DNA from: Eledone cirrhosa
Taxonomy: Eukaryota
Direction: 5' to 3'
Length of the DNA: 64,000 nt
NCBI GenBank assembly: GCA_964016885.1
Contig: OZ024742.1
Coordinates: 210,366,001 to 210,430,000, forward strand
Shown here: positions 1 through 12,658 of the stretch, in pieces
Layout of the letters: the number at the start of each line of letters is the position of its first letter
How positions within the stretch are numbered: position 1 is the first letter of the stretch
Notes under the pieces: generated by a model
The model's database searches: none
Told to the model about the DNA's origin: nothing
The model's input: only the letters and a program-made list of their open reading frames with translations
Made by a program: the position numbers and the translations under genes

Positions 1-1111
1 ACATTTTGTTTTTGTGTATAATATGAACAGCTAATCTTTAGAATTAAAAATCAAGAAATATTTGTATATTATATTCAAATAAATACAGTATGTTGAAAGA
101 AAGTGTAAATTAACTTCAATATATTAGTCACTTTTTGACAAAACTTTACTCACATATTTAAATAAATATGATCTTAAACAGCCTCTAAAATACACAATAC
201 TGTGCTTGCTGCTACAAACCTAATTAACAATTGTAGTACTTCGGTTGCAGAATTAAGCAATTAGCAAACTAGCTAACAAGACATAATATGAAACTTTACA
301 AAAATAAAAGATAACAGAAGATATTGAAATTAAAGGAAGTAAAAGAGAAGAGAGGCTCAACAAAATCCACTTAGAAATGATGATCAGTGTTGATAATGAG
401 ATACAAATAATATAAAGATGCTAATAAACTATTTCTTAAAGTGACTGTCTGAGTGAAAGTTGCTTCTTTGACAATATTCAGAAGATATGTTGATTAATTG
501 TTTATATTTGGTTGAAGAATTTAGACAGGAAAATGCTTAAAAATAGATTTAAAAAAAGAAAAGGAAGAAAAAATATCAAAAACATTTTACTGAGCAATTT
601 TTTAATACATCACAGAGTTCCTAGTTGGAAACATAGAAAAGACAGAACTCTGTCAGAATAGATGAAGGTTGTAAGAATAGTGAATAATTTCATCTTCCAA
701 TAGTTAATGGGGGGATACCAATCATTAACATGAGGATGAAAATACAGAAGTCTGAATCAGAACATAAAATTGGATGCTTAACAGATATTCCATAGATCCA
801 AACTACTGAACTGTATACTTAGTTTGTGTTAAGCATTCAGTTTATGTAGCCTGAATCAGAACTTGACAGAGCTGAATATCCAATTCTTCAAACCACAGAA
901 CTGTACATATAGCAAAGCTAGATATTTTATTCTCCAAACACCAAAGAACTGCACACCTAACAGAGATAGATGTCCAAGCTTTATATCACACAAATAAATG
1001 TTGTTCAGTATCATTTAACATTTAATTACCCCACTTTCACAATCTTCTTTGTTCAATTATTTAAATTAGGTGGAGGGAGGGGAATGGAGTGCAAAATGAG
1101 CAGTAACAGGC

Positions 1112-1232
1112 TCAAGCTCTAACAGCAGCCTTTACTTGAGCCTGTTGAAATTGGTGTTGTAATTTGCCAAGGTTTTCACGATGGGTTTCTTGTTTCTTCT
1201 CAAGGTCTTTAATAGTATTTTCATGACGTTTT
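1112..1232 (-). CDS. PFDN6: Prefoldin subunit 6, exon 4 (terminal)
   Basis: TTTTCTAG acceptor; (L)KRHENTIKDLEKKQETHRENLGKLQHQFQQAQVKAAVRA*; joined CDS is 381 nt = 126 aa + stop. Confidence 0.93.
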
Positions 1233-1251
1233 CTAGAAAAATAAAAACCAT

Positions 1252-1320
1252 GTATATGTATATGTATGTGTGTGTATATATATATACACACACACATATA
1301 TATATATATACATACATATA
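1252..1320. repeat. (TA)n/(TG)n/(CA)n microsatellite
   Basis: Direct reading; similar tracts at ~26575-26625, 47305-47340 and 63527-63567. Confidence 0.9.
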
Positions 1321-2534
1321 ATCTTTGTTTGAATTTGATAGAAGAATCAACGTTGTTTGACTATGAAAAATAGTCATTGGGCATATAAACTCTGGAGATG
1401 GAAAACATTGTACAACGTTGATACTTCTTTAAAATTCAAACAACTTCCTATTGTTCAATGGTTCTAAAAATAGATTGTTTATATACATATAACTTCTTAA
1501 TCTTAAAGGATATTGCAATAAACTTGAACTTCATATTTCTCGGCCTATATTAACCATAGATTGATTAAAAGAGGATCTTTCACTGAAATCACATTGTCAA
1601 ACCAAATAGTTATACCATACATTGTCAAACCGTTTTTTCTTAGAATTTTGTACTTTTCAAACTCTTACTTTTTCTATATATTAACAAAGCATTATTAATG
1701 ATTAGTGAGTTAAATATCTGCAATAGGAACTTTACTGAGTTTAAAATTTCAAAATATGTTTACCACATGTGATGGAAAAAAAATGGACAGACACTTATGA
1801 GGAATTAAACCACATCACTCATATGCCACATAAGCACATTTAACCATTTTGTCTATAGAATCACGGGCTATCATTTACTGTCATTTTAGAAGATTTTAAG
1901 TGAGTATCTAGAGGTGTAAACATGATTTGTTGACTTACAAAGCATTGGGAAATATAGAATTTGAAAATATATTTGCCACAATGCAGATAACTTTAACAAT
2001 AGTTGATAAGAGATTTATTCAACTATTATCTATAGTTATCTGCATTATGGTGAATATATTTTCAATTTCCCAATACTTCATAAGTCAGCCAATCTTCTGT
2101 ACACCTCTAACTACACATAAATCTTCCAAAAGGAAGGGAATTGGCAAGTCCCTTGGCATAATAGTTAAATGCACTTACCTGGCATGAGACGTGTGGTATG
2201 ATTTTCCATCTCCAGGGATACTTTACCTGATTTATTCAAATATTATCTAGTTATCCACTATTATTATAATTACCTACATTGTGGCAAATATATTTTCAAA
2301 TTTCAACTTTCCCAATACTTTGTAGATCAACCAATCTTGTTTATTAGTATAATTTCTTTTAATTGTAACTTCTGTATATTTCATACTTTTTAGAAATTAA
2401 CATAGTGAGATGTAATGACAGTGTTCAAGATGGAAATTTTGGCTTGCAGACTATGAGTTGCTGTTGCAGAAATTGAATATAGTTTTCCACAACAAAAGGT
2501 TCTAATAGCCCAAGTTTTTTAAAAATATCATAAT

Positions 2535-2673
2535 ATCAAATCCATGAGATTTTGATATTTATTTTCAGAACAGTACCTTAACATTGGTATGAGTGGACAG
2601 TTACAGCCAGTTTGAACTGAAAGAATTGAGAGAATTCTGACCAGATATGGCTGGTTTAAATGCTAAAGGGCTA
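2535..2673. mobile_element. piggyBac-like non-autonomous element end
   Basis: Ends ...TTTAAATGCTAAAGGGCTAA; a homologous copy at ~33003-33144 ends ...TGCTAAAGGG|TTAA (CCC terminus plus TTAA target). Confidence 0.55.
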
Positions 2674-2719
2674 AAAGAACTCTGAAGTATATTCAATGTA
2701 AAAAGGATAGTTTACTTAC

Positions 2720-2844
2720 AATTCACTAGAGATATAATCAATACGTTTTTGGACATTTTGTTTAGCTTCTTCAAGGTCTTGCTTTACAAGAACAGGACCT
2801 ATCAATTTGAATACACAAGATTCCTTCTCAAGCATGTCCAGTTC
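2720..2844 (-). CDS. PFDN6: Prefoldin subunit 6, exon 3
   Basis: TAG acceptor, GTAAGT donor; ELDMLEKESCVFKLIGPVLVKQDLEEAKQNVQKRIDYISSE contains the prefoldin beta-hairpin motif VFKLIGPVLVKQ. Confidence 0.96.
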
Positions 2845-3569
2845 CTACATGAGTGAAAAAATAAAAAAAATGTAATTTAAATTAACCGGATTAATACATT
2901 TTAAAGTAACACAGTAACACAGTCTTAGAGCAGAACCAAGCTGAAAGAATTCATAAATTTCAGATCATCATCATTTTATGTGTTAGCATATGTTGTCACA
3001 ATTTGCAGTATTTTGTACACAAAGCAACAAGAGAAACCAGCCAATTTAGGTTTTGTGTAAGTCTTAGATGTATTTTATTATGTCACCAACACTAGAGAGG
3101 TTATCCCATCTATGTGAGAAGGACGAAAGAGTCAACTCCATTCTATACAAGTGTTGGTTCAGTTACTGCTTTCCAATTGTAATTTATGGAATCCAATTTG
3201 CACTTATATGTTCCATTTTAGGCTTGTTTCTATGGCTAAAAGCAATTCCTATGACCATTAACTTTTCAGTATGTACTATGTTCATTTCATCATGCCACCA
3301 GCACAGGAGAAGTTCCACGTAAGAGGACTTATGAAGCTTCAGCAATTCCTCTATCCATTTTTTTTATGAAACGCTAAACTGCCATATATATAGCGGAACA
3401 AATGATTTAATACTTAAGTATATAAAAAAAAGTTTTGATACATATGCATCTAATTACAGGGTTAAAAATTGTGATCAATTAAAATAAATCAGTTCAGTTG
3501 TCTGGAGCTTTAATCAATGTTCAAATAATCTCATCATCATTATACACACACACGCATATATATATATAA

Positions 3570-3860
3570 TCACCCAGTCCACCCTGTAAGGCGATTGTAC
3601 TGGTGACAACAAAAATATCACCCAGCCCACTCTATTAAGTGGTTGTGCTGGTACCACAATATAAAGCACCCAGTCTATTCTGTTAAGTAGTCGTTCTGGT
3701 GCCACAATATAAAGCACCCAGTCAACACTGTAATGTAGTTGATGTTAGGAAGGGCATCCAGCCATAGAAACCAATCTGTATGAGCAAGACAAGATTACTT
3801 GTCTAACCCATGCAAGCATGGAAAAATAGACGTTAAATGGTGATGATAATGATGATTATC
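3570..3860 (+). mobile_element. Non-autonomous RTE-derived retroelement (~42-bp repeat units + RTE 3' end + (GAT)n)
   Basis: AAAGCACCCAGTC...TGTAA units, GTTAGGAAGGGCATCCAG motif, AACCCATGCAAGCATGGAAA...GACGTTAAA and a TGA/GAT tail. Relatives at ~4545-4925(+), 10720-10880(+), 30345-30600(-), 38730-38985(-), 48935-49290(-), 52630-52875(-), 53235-53450(-) and 61180-61440(+). Confidence 0.7.
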
Positions 3861-4294
3861 ATCATCATTGTTTAATATCCATTTTCCCAGCTAGAAAGGG
3901 TTGGACATATCACATTAGTCAATACTCAAGAGGAACCTCTGTCCTTCTGTTGAGCCTAACGTATGATCCCATGCTCTAACAAGTGCATTTTATCATGGCA
4001 CCAACACTAGGGAAGTTGTCATATGCATGCGTTTATTTGTCTTTATGTCTTCACTTCACAGTTGATACTACAAGTTACAGCGTTTGTTTATTTCTCACAT
4101 ATACAAATGTTCTGCAGCGCACGATTTTGATGTGTAAAGATCAGTACCTTACTTTAAAAATGGCTGACATCAAGAGAGGCATCTAGTCATAGTATAATGT
4201 CTCAAAATCGTGTTTCTCTACTCTTTAAAAAAAAACTCAGGAGAAAGTAAAATGCCTTTAGCAACATCAGAAGGAGAAATAGTCATAACATTAC

Positions 4295-4365
4295 CTCTTT
4301 TACTAAAGTGTTCTCATTATGCTGGGCATCAAGTTTTTGTTTTCCCATGATATACTTCTGGATAT
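4295..4365 (-). CDS. PFDN6: Prefoldin subunit 6, exon 2
   Basis: TTTTCAG acceptor, GTAATG donor; (D)IQKYIMGKQKLDAQHNENTLVKE; 71 nt, phase-compatible. Confidence 0.94.
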
Positions 4366-5477
4366 CTGAAAAGTATATAATATGAATACTAAGAGATTAA
4401 CATTTATAAATATGAACATTAACAAAAAAATAAAAGAACAAATTGCATTTTCTTTATAATAATTTGTCACTGTGTGACAGATAAGTTTAGGTTTGTAATG
4501 TAAAGTGGCTCAAAATGAATAACAAAAGTAAAGTGTTGTGAGCTGACGGCAACTGTGATAATACTGGTGCCACGATAAAATGCACTTAGCCCACATTGTA
4601 AAGTGATAATACTGGTGCTACGATAAAATGCACACTGTAGTGTGGTAGTACTGGTACCATGATAAAATGTACCTAGCCCACGTTGTAAAGTGGTAGCATT
4701 GGTGCCATGATAAAATGCACCTAACACACTGTTAAGTGATAATACTGGTGCCATGATAAAACATAAAGCCTACACTGTAGTGTTGGTGCCACAATAAAAT
4801 GCAACCACCCCACACTTTAAAGTGTCAGGTGGTAGTGGTTGTACAATGAGAAAACAAACTTGATATATGACATGAAGTGGTTGGCATTAGTAAGGGCATC
4901 CAGCTGTAAAAAGCTTGCCAAAATGGAACATGTATGTAAGACAGTTATCTGGCCTGCCTGTCTAGCCTCAGAGCATTACAACCCATCTAACCTATTGAAA
5001 GTTAAAATCTGTCTCGAGCCCAGAGGCTCATCATGAAATGAAGTGTTTTGTTCAAGAACACAACACACAACCCAGCCCAGGAATCAAACCCATGACATTA
5101 TGATTGTAAGTCCAACACCCTTACCACTAGTCCATGTGCCTCCATATCTAACCTATGCAAGAGTGGACAATAGAGATAAAACAGCAATGATGATGATAAT
5201 GATTACTAAGGTCTTTATGAAAAACTAAAATAAACTAAGAGATTGATAGATTATGCAATGAGTTTTCACCGACAGTCATGCATTAAGTTAAAGGCAATAA
5301 TTTCAGTAACTTCAACTTAATAATTAATGTATCTTAACTTAGTATTATCGCATCTTATCACTACGTCGTCTTAGCGACAAGAGCAACATTATTTGAAACC
5401 TTATCGTACTGGAACAGGACTCATTATACTAAGTCCCTTATACATAATTTTATAGGCTTATATAGGCAAATCTTTGC

Positions 5478-7231
5478 GTGATTTTACCAAATATATTCGA
5501 TAAACAGAAAATGGCCTCAGCAATGAAGAAAAAATGCAGGCAGTACAGCGTTGATTACTTGCGGTTTGGATTCATCCCATCGCTGTCGAACCACCTGTCA
5601 CCCATGTGTTTAATTTGCAAGGAGTCCTTTTCGAATGAGGTGATGAAGCCATCACATTTGAGTAGACACCTGGAGATGAGGCACCTCGATAAGAGATATA
5701 AAGATTTAGCATACTTTCAGACACTTAGGGACCAATTTCAGAAAACAACACCGATTTCTGCTTTTTTAAAAGTTGAAGCTTCAAATGTTGATGGACTTGT
5801 CGCATCTTATAACATTGCCCTATTCCTTGGGTGAAACATTGGTAGTTCCTGTCATCTCAGAAATTCTTTCAACAGTACTACATCAGAACCCGTTAAAGAC
5901 CTTGAAACGTATTCCACTGAGTAACGACTCAATAAGGAGATGCATCAACGGAATAGCAGAAAATGTTGAACACAAATTATACAACATCTTGAAATCGACA
6001 CAATTTGCTTTGCAACTTGATGAAAGCACTCTTTCCGGGAATCAGTCCTTACTACTGGGATACATGCTATTTTTTCCACGAAAACGAAATGCACGAAGAG
6101 CTTCTCTTCACACTGAATCTACCCAGATACTAAAGGTGCCACCATCTTTGAATCTGTCAAGGGATACCTCTTAACAACATTGTATCATGTGCTATGGACG
6201 GCGCAAGATCAATGGTCGGCCAACATAGGGGTTTCGTCACTCTTCTGAAGAGAGAAAATCCATCTGTATTTGCTGTTCGTTGTGTCATTCATCGACAACA
6301 CTTGGCTGCGAAGAAACTCAGTGAGCGCTGAGCAAGTCCTCAGGCGGCCATTGATGTCATCAATTTTATCAAAAGCCATGCCCCCAATGAATGAATTTTC
6401 CGGCAACTGTGCTAAGATAATGATGAAGAATTCATCAAGTTGCTCCTTCATACTGAAGTGATGTAGCTTTCAAAGGGCAAGTGCCTTACTCGCTTCTTTG
6501 AATTGTTCAACTCTATCATTGAGTTTCTTCGAGGATGTAACACAGAACTGTACAAGAAAACCCTCGATATGAGGCAAGACTGCGCCTACTTCACCGACAT
6601 CTTCGACAAATCAATAGCCTCATTATGGCTTTGCAGGGGAAGAAGATCACCTTGCTTAAAGAAAGGAATACTGTGAAAACATTCCTGGCCAAATTCAATG
6701 TCATCAAAAGGAATCTTTGTCGATGAGAATTCTATAATTTTCCTAGTGTCACCAATGTTCGTGAGCGATGACCAACTCCAAATTTATACTGCTCACCTCC
6801 GTGAGCTACAAGACAAGATGAGACAACGGTTTGTCGACCTTTTGCAGATGGACATCTCAATGTGGATAGCAGATCCCTTCATAGCTAACGTCGATGATTT
6901 GGACGTTAAATTTCAGGAAGAATTCATTAAACTTCAAACAGATGACATGATCAAAATTAGATTTTCCAAAATAGGTGAATGCCTTTTTTGGATGCAAGAG
7001 GAAATTCAGCGTCGATTTCCACTCCTACATGCAGAGGCTAAGAGATTTGCTCTGCCTTTTCCAAACTCATACTTAGTTGAGAGGGGGTTTTGCGCTGTTT
7101 CCAGACTGCACAGTAAGGCTCGCAACCGCTACAATGTAATTACACGTGGAGATCTCTGGCTACATCTTACAAAAATTCAGCCCGACGTTAAAGAGTTAGC
7201 TAGACTCCATGAAGCTCAAGGGTTCCATTGA
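5478..7231 (+). mobile_element. Degenerate hAT (Buster/Charlie-type) transposase
   Basis: RQYSVDYLRFGF...PMCLIC...MKPSHLSRHL (BED finger), PLSNDSIRR, FALQLDEST, PFPNSYLVERGF and RGDLWLHLTKIQPD, broken over several frames; termini not resolved. Confidence 0.88.
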
Positions 7232-8376
7232 AATGAGGTCAAAGTAAGTCGATTTATCCGAAAACTTGTATATGCTATTGTTACGAAGCAAACTAACAAT
7301 ATTTTTAATTTCTACTTGCAGTTTGACTGGATTGGAAACCATCTACCACAATTCACTTACTCATTTGTTGTATATATACCCTCTAATGTGGTCATGAAAA
7401 CCCTTTTCCGTGGTCTCTAAGCTCACAAAGCAGAGGGGACATCAAGTTAGATATCAACATTTATTTTGTCCATTTCATTGAAGGGAAAATTGGAAAGCTT
7501 TGAAATGATATAATTGCCACTTTCTTTCAGATAAGAGCGCACTTTGGATAGACAGAGTTGCTCTTGTATAAATGTTCAAAATAGCTGGTATCTCTTGTAT
7601 TTGATTATGGTTAAGTTAATTATACTTAGATATTATATCAAAATTAATCAATATACATTACTTTTTATAGCCGTCACATTAGTTTAATTAAAAATTTATA
7701 TAATTTAACTCATTATAGATTATAATTTTTGGTTTAGGTAATATATTCCTTAAGTATTTTGTTACAACTTTTAAAAAATGTTAACTTCAAAGCAAATTTA
7801 AATAATTATTAAACATGCATTTAAAATATATATTAAAATGCATGCATATATCACCATCAATATATATATAATATATTAAGATCATTTTTTTAGCCGAATT
7901 ATTTAATTTAAATAGGATATTCTCTTTATAAAATCATTTCTATTCTTTAATTATCCTATAATTACAGGATTAAATTGCTGTTATATATATATATATATTT
8001 ACTCTCAAAAGTTTTATTTCGTTAATTTATATTTACTTCTGTAATTACATATTATTATAGTTTCCTTTTAAAGATATTCTTATATTATGAAACTACATAA
8101 TTCATGTCAAATATAATTTAGTAAGCTATTCAAACAGAATAAAAATATTTACGAAGAATGTAAACAAAAGGAAGATAACTCATTCACCATATGTGAACAT
8201 TTAACTACTCTGAAATCTAAACCCTAAATCAACAATTGTCAAGTTAAATATTGAACTGTCCTAATCAAAACATAGGAGACAGAGACTCTTAATGAAATTA
8301 TTCTAATAAATAAAACATCAATAAATTATTACCCCAGTAAGGCAAAAAATTATATATATATTTTTTTTAATTATTA

Positions 8377-8870
8377 TTAATTGTCAATATTTTTTCGAAA
8401 CTTGTACAATGCCTGGAATGTTTTACCGAATTTATGTTGGCAGCTGCTGAATAATTCATTTTTCTTAATTAAATTGTCATAATTTGTAATTATCAATAGA
8501 GTCTCAAGATTGCAAAGATTGCAATTTAGCGAAATGGATGCGTTCCGATAGGAATTGGCATTCTTTAACCGAGTCCAAGAGATGGAGTATTTAATATTCT
8601 TGTCCTTCAAAGACTATATTAATTGTGAAAGTAAGGTTGAAATTTTTTTATCTGGTTTAGAAAAAGAATTTTTATGACTGTACCAACGAACCTTAAATTT
8701 AGATGAAGTGGCACCAATGTAGTTATATATACTATTATTTGTCTTAATGGTACATTTATATACTAGATTCTTGTCAAGGCAGTTATTTTGTAAAGGACAT
8801 TCTGACTTCTTTCTACAGTTACATTTCTTCTCGATGTTATTTCTATACCCTAAACTATTCATATTATTAA
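8377..8870 (-). mobile_element. Penelope-like element fragment (GIY-YIG endonuclease)
   Basis: CNCRKKSECPLQNNC...VYKC...YIGATSSKFKVRWYSHKNSF...CNLCNLE...ELFSSCQH with an in-frame stop. Confidence 0.85.
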
Positions 8871-9132
8871 ATTGCTGGCCTTGTGCCTAAAGTAGAAACA
8901 ATTATTATTATTTAAACGTGTTCTATTATTCCTATTCAAACTACTATTATTGTTATTCCATCAATGATTGTTAATATTTTGAATAATATTAAAACTCTAG
9001 GAAAAATTTTATCTATTGAGTGCTTTTAAACTATTGTAAAACTGTATTCATTGAGTAATCAATGAACCATATTAATCTTTGGGTATATATATATATATAT
9101 ACAATTGATATTAAATAAATGGAAACTATATT

Positions 9133-9194
9133 TATTCTATTATATATATTTCAAGAGTACCAAAAATTTTGGTACGCTATCATCAGATAAAATA
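9133..9194 (-). ncRNA. Type I minimal hammerhead ribozyme-like motif
   Basis: Minus strand reads UAUUUUAU-CUGAUGA-stem II (AGCGUACC/GGUACUCU)-GAAA-U-AUAU-A-UA-AUAGAAUA; 8-bp stem I; stem II closing pair mismatched; about 270 bp upstream of the Penelope fragment on the same strand. Confidence 0.6.
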
Positions 9195-9356
9195 CAAAAT
9201 GTTTTATAAATATTTGAGATAACCAAGGATGATATACCTTAACGATTCAAGTTATCCCTGGAAAGTCTTTAATATCAATTGAATACTTACTCCAGAAACT
9301 GTTGAGTGCTTTGAATCAGTTGTAAATATCTATATTTGTTGGATTTATATATATAT

Positions 9357-10271
9357 TAGAGTCAGAACTGGTTGGAAAAAGTTCAGAGAGCTTATACCAC
9401 TATTAGCTGCTAAAGGGTTCTCCCTAAAAATGAAAGGCAGGTTGTACGATGCCTGCATACGAACAGCAATGCTGCATGGCAGTGAGACCTGGGCATTGTG
9501 TGCAGAGGATATACGCAGACTAGAGAGGAACGAAGCTTGCATGCTCCGCTGGATGTGTAACAGTAATATACGTGAACGGCAAAGCATAAACGAACTAAGG
9601 AAAAAATTAGAGATAAGAGGGATCAGATGTTGTTTACTCGAGAGAAGGCTACGTTGGTATGGACACGTGATGCGCATGAAAGTCGATAGCTGTATAACAA
9701 AGTGCAGGGCAATAAAGATAGACGGTAGTCACGGAATAGGCAGACCTAGAAAAACCTGGGACGAGCTGATAAACTCCGACATCACACACTTACACCTCTC
9801 CAAGACAATGTCACTGGACCGAGACCTTTGGCGGTACTCAGTAACAGAGAAGACCCGCCTTACCTAAATATATAGTAAAACCTACTCCAGCCAGTAGGCA
9901 TCTCTAACAAAATACACCCCGTCCCACCACCCCCACCCCCACCCCATCCACACCACCCCGTTCTATGTAAAGTTATGTTGGTGCCGCGCCATCCAGGCCG
10001 AAACAAATGAGATCGTGTAGGTGTCACGACAAAAAAACACACAGTCCACGCTGTAATGTGGCCGTGTAGGCAACACGGTAAAAACCTCCCAGACCCACAC
10101 TGTAAATGTGGTTGGTGTTAGGAAGGGCATCCAACTGTAGAAAACCTGCCAGACAGTCCTATGCGAGCAAGACAATCACTCTTGCCTCAAGTGGGACTAC
10201 CCCCGTCCAAACCCATGCAAGCGTGGAACACGGACGTTAAACGTTGATGATGATGATGATGATGATGATGA
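9357..10271 (+). mobile_element. RTE-clade LINE, 5'-truncated, (GAT)n tail
   Basis: ORF C-terminus KGRLYDACIRTAMLHGSETW...RRLRWYGHVMR...GRPRKTW, then 3' UTR and GAT repeats. Confidence 0.92.
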
Positions 10272-10379
10272 TATAGGATATATGAATTAATATTGAAATA
10301 TATATGTATATGAAAGCCATAGCCAAAGGGTCAGTAATCTGGAAATTAGATGCATCTGTAACCGGTGAAAATATAATCA

Positions 10380-10560
10380 ATTAATTGTTTCTACGTTAGG
10401 CACAAGGCCAGCAATTACCCAGTGCATTACTGGTACTTTATTTTATCGACCCCGTAAGGATGAAAGGCAAAGTTAACCTCGGCGGGATTTGAACTCAGAA
10501 TGGCAAGGGCCGTAACTCTATACGTCAAAGCATGGCGTCCGACCCTCTACTAATGTTCCT
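10380..10560 (-). mobile_element. tRNA-derived SINE, same family
   Basis: Reverse complement of the 11336-11523 element. Confidence 0.8.
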
Positions 10561-11335
10561 TAATCGCCAGTACTGAGTTCAAGTCCTTCTATGGCTCTGA
10601 TATTTTTTTACAGAAACCCAATTTTAAAATCCCATATATGCTTTATCTGCAGGGTGTTACTGCAAATTCCATTAAACCTCGAAGGGAATCTTAAAAATTG
10701 TGATAATAGTCCATCCTGTAAGGTAGTACATGACAAAAAGCACCCAGTCCACTCTGTAAGGTGATCGTGCTGGTGCCATGACAAAAACGATAACGTCTCT
10801 AGTGTTACTGACAAAATAAGACACCCAGTACACACTGTAACGTGGTTGGAGATAGGAAGGGCATTCAGCCGTAAAAAATTATATCAGAAAAATGACAACC
10901 TCCCTAATGTTGATGTCACAAAAATGTACTCACTCTGTAGTGAGAACGGGCGTTAAATTATTATATATCAGGTAAGCTGAGTGAACAGAATAAGCATCAA
11001 GGAAACGAATTTGTGATGTGTATGAAGGATGACATTTGGTTGAGTGACTCGAGCAATTCAAGTAAAAGAAGCTTATAGAAGTGATGGAAGCTTATCTCAA
11101 TATGCAGGACATCACAAAATGACAAGTGACAGTAACAAATGGACTGGTGGTGCGCTAGAAGTGACCTGTCTAAATGAAGCCAGTGTGAGAAAACGGACAA
11201 AAATGATGATGAGTTATGTTTTTCTTTTAATATAAGAAATAGCCAGAGAAATTTTAGAGATAACATTTTCAGCCTAATAATTAAAATTGTAAAAGCACAA
11301 AATAGTGGTAGGACTGACATTATTTATGTCATTTT

Positions 11336-11523
11336 GCGGTGGATTGGCAGTATCGGTAGAGGGTCAGACGCCATGCTTTGCAGCACAGTTACGTCCCTTT
11401 ACGGATTGCGTTCAAATCCCGCCGAGGTTAACTTTGCCTTTCATCCTTACGCGGTCGATAAAATAAAGTACCAGTAATACACTGGAATAATTGCTGGCCT
11501 TGTGCCAAAAGAAGAAACAATTA
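11336..11523 (+). mobile_element. tRNA-derived SINE with Meta-type core
   Basis: A-box-like TGGCAGTATCGG, B-box-like GTTCAAATCC, core TTTGCCTTTCATCCTTACGCGGTCGATAAAATAAAGTACCAG, tail CCTTGTGCCAAAAGAAGAAACAATTA. Confidence 0.8.
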
Positions 11524-11797
11524 TTTATGTTATTCATTTTTTTATGTTATGGGGAAATGGTTTTAATCTATAACGCGTGCCTCGAAGGATGAAATTATTG
11601 GTTTGATACCAAATCTAAAGAAGTACAAAGTAAAGAACAATTCCAAATATTTAAAGAACAAGTCTTTCAGAGTCATACATGTACGTAAAAAATGTTTCTA
11701 AGTTCTTTATCATTTGAATGTGCATTAGCTCTCCACACATTTTTATATTTTATGTAAAGACCTGCAACCTACCAACGCCAGCAAATCATTTAGGAAG

Positions 11798-12092
11798 AGG
11801 CTATGTAGCCGGTCTCGGTAAAATAGACTCCCAGGCTAAAACAAGTTCAAATTTAATCGTCCATTCGTAAAATACGTTACGCTTTAGTTACATACTCACA
11901 CATCTACACGTAAATTCATAAAGAGATACAAGTGCAAACCTACACATACACATCTACTCACACATATTCATAAATAGACACAAAAAATAATTATTACATA
12001 CTCAATCTATGAATGATTGAGAAAGGAAGGGTTGGCGAAACACTATAGCGATGTGTGCTGCGTCCCTTTAGGGTTTACCGGCTACATAGCCT
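11798..12092. mobile_element. MITE-like element with perfect 16-bp terminal inverted repeat
   Basis: AGGCTATGTAGCCGGT at 11798-11813 and ACCGGCTACATAGCCT at 12077-12092; no clear TSD. Confidence 0.65.
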
Positions 12093-12658
12093 TATGAATG
12101 TAACGTGCATAAGTAGTGTTTTAGTAAGCCATTACTTTAAACCAAAAACGGAGCTTACACTTCGGTGTGTACCTAGTCAAATTTTGCTGGACGATAGATA
12201 AATTAATAGGTTGTGTTTCATTACTCATATAATTCAAGATTATCAGCAATTCATGTAACCAAGGAAAACTTCAATACATCCACACTAACTACATACGTAT
12301 ATCCTGATTCCGCGTGTATTTAAAAGGAAACCAGCACAAGAACGAAATACGAAAAGGATTGGGTTCTGAAATAGCGCCATTTACATTGTCTACACATTTA
12401 CTCTATCTCTATATACATTTACATTGCTCACATATATTTACATTTCTACATATATAATAAAACAGTCCTCCCATATAATTACACAATTGCTAAATATATT
12501 TACACACCCTACATATTATCCAGGCATACATTCATTATATACTCGTGCAATACATGTGAAGAAGGTTGTGTACATTAAAAAAAAAATACGACTGCTTTTA
12601 ACAAACCATGCCTACAAATAATGAGTCACATTTAAAATTCTTCTGTGTTATAAATTAC

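Noticed and set aside
2173-2184. ACTTACCTGGCA resembling the U1 snRNA 5' end
   Set aside because: Similarity stops after 12 nt, with no U1 stem-loops or Sm site; it is simply the complement of a 5' splice site.
4545-4830. Regularly spaced ~42-bp repeats that superficially resemble a CRISPR array
   Set aside because: Whole units are degenerate tandem copies without unique spacers, the context is eukaryotic with no cas genes, and they belong to the RTE-derived module.
5478-7231. Domesticated ZBED/SCAND3-like host gene
   Set aside because: Multiple frameshifts and stops indicate a decayed transposon.
11336-11425. tRNA gene
   Set aside because: A/B boxes are present but there is no cloverleaf; it is a multicopy SINE head.
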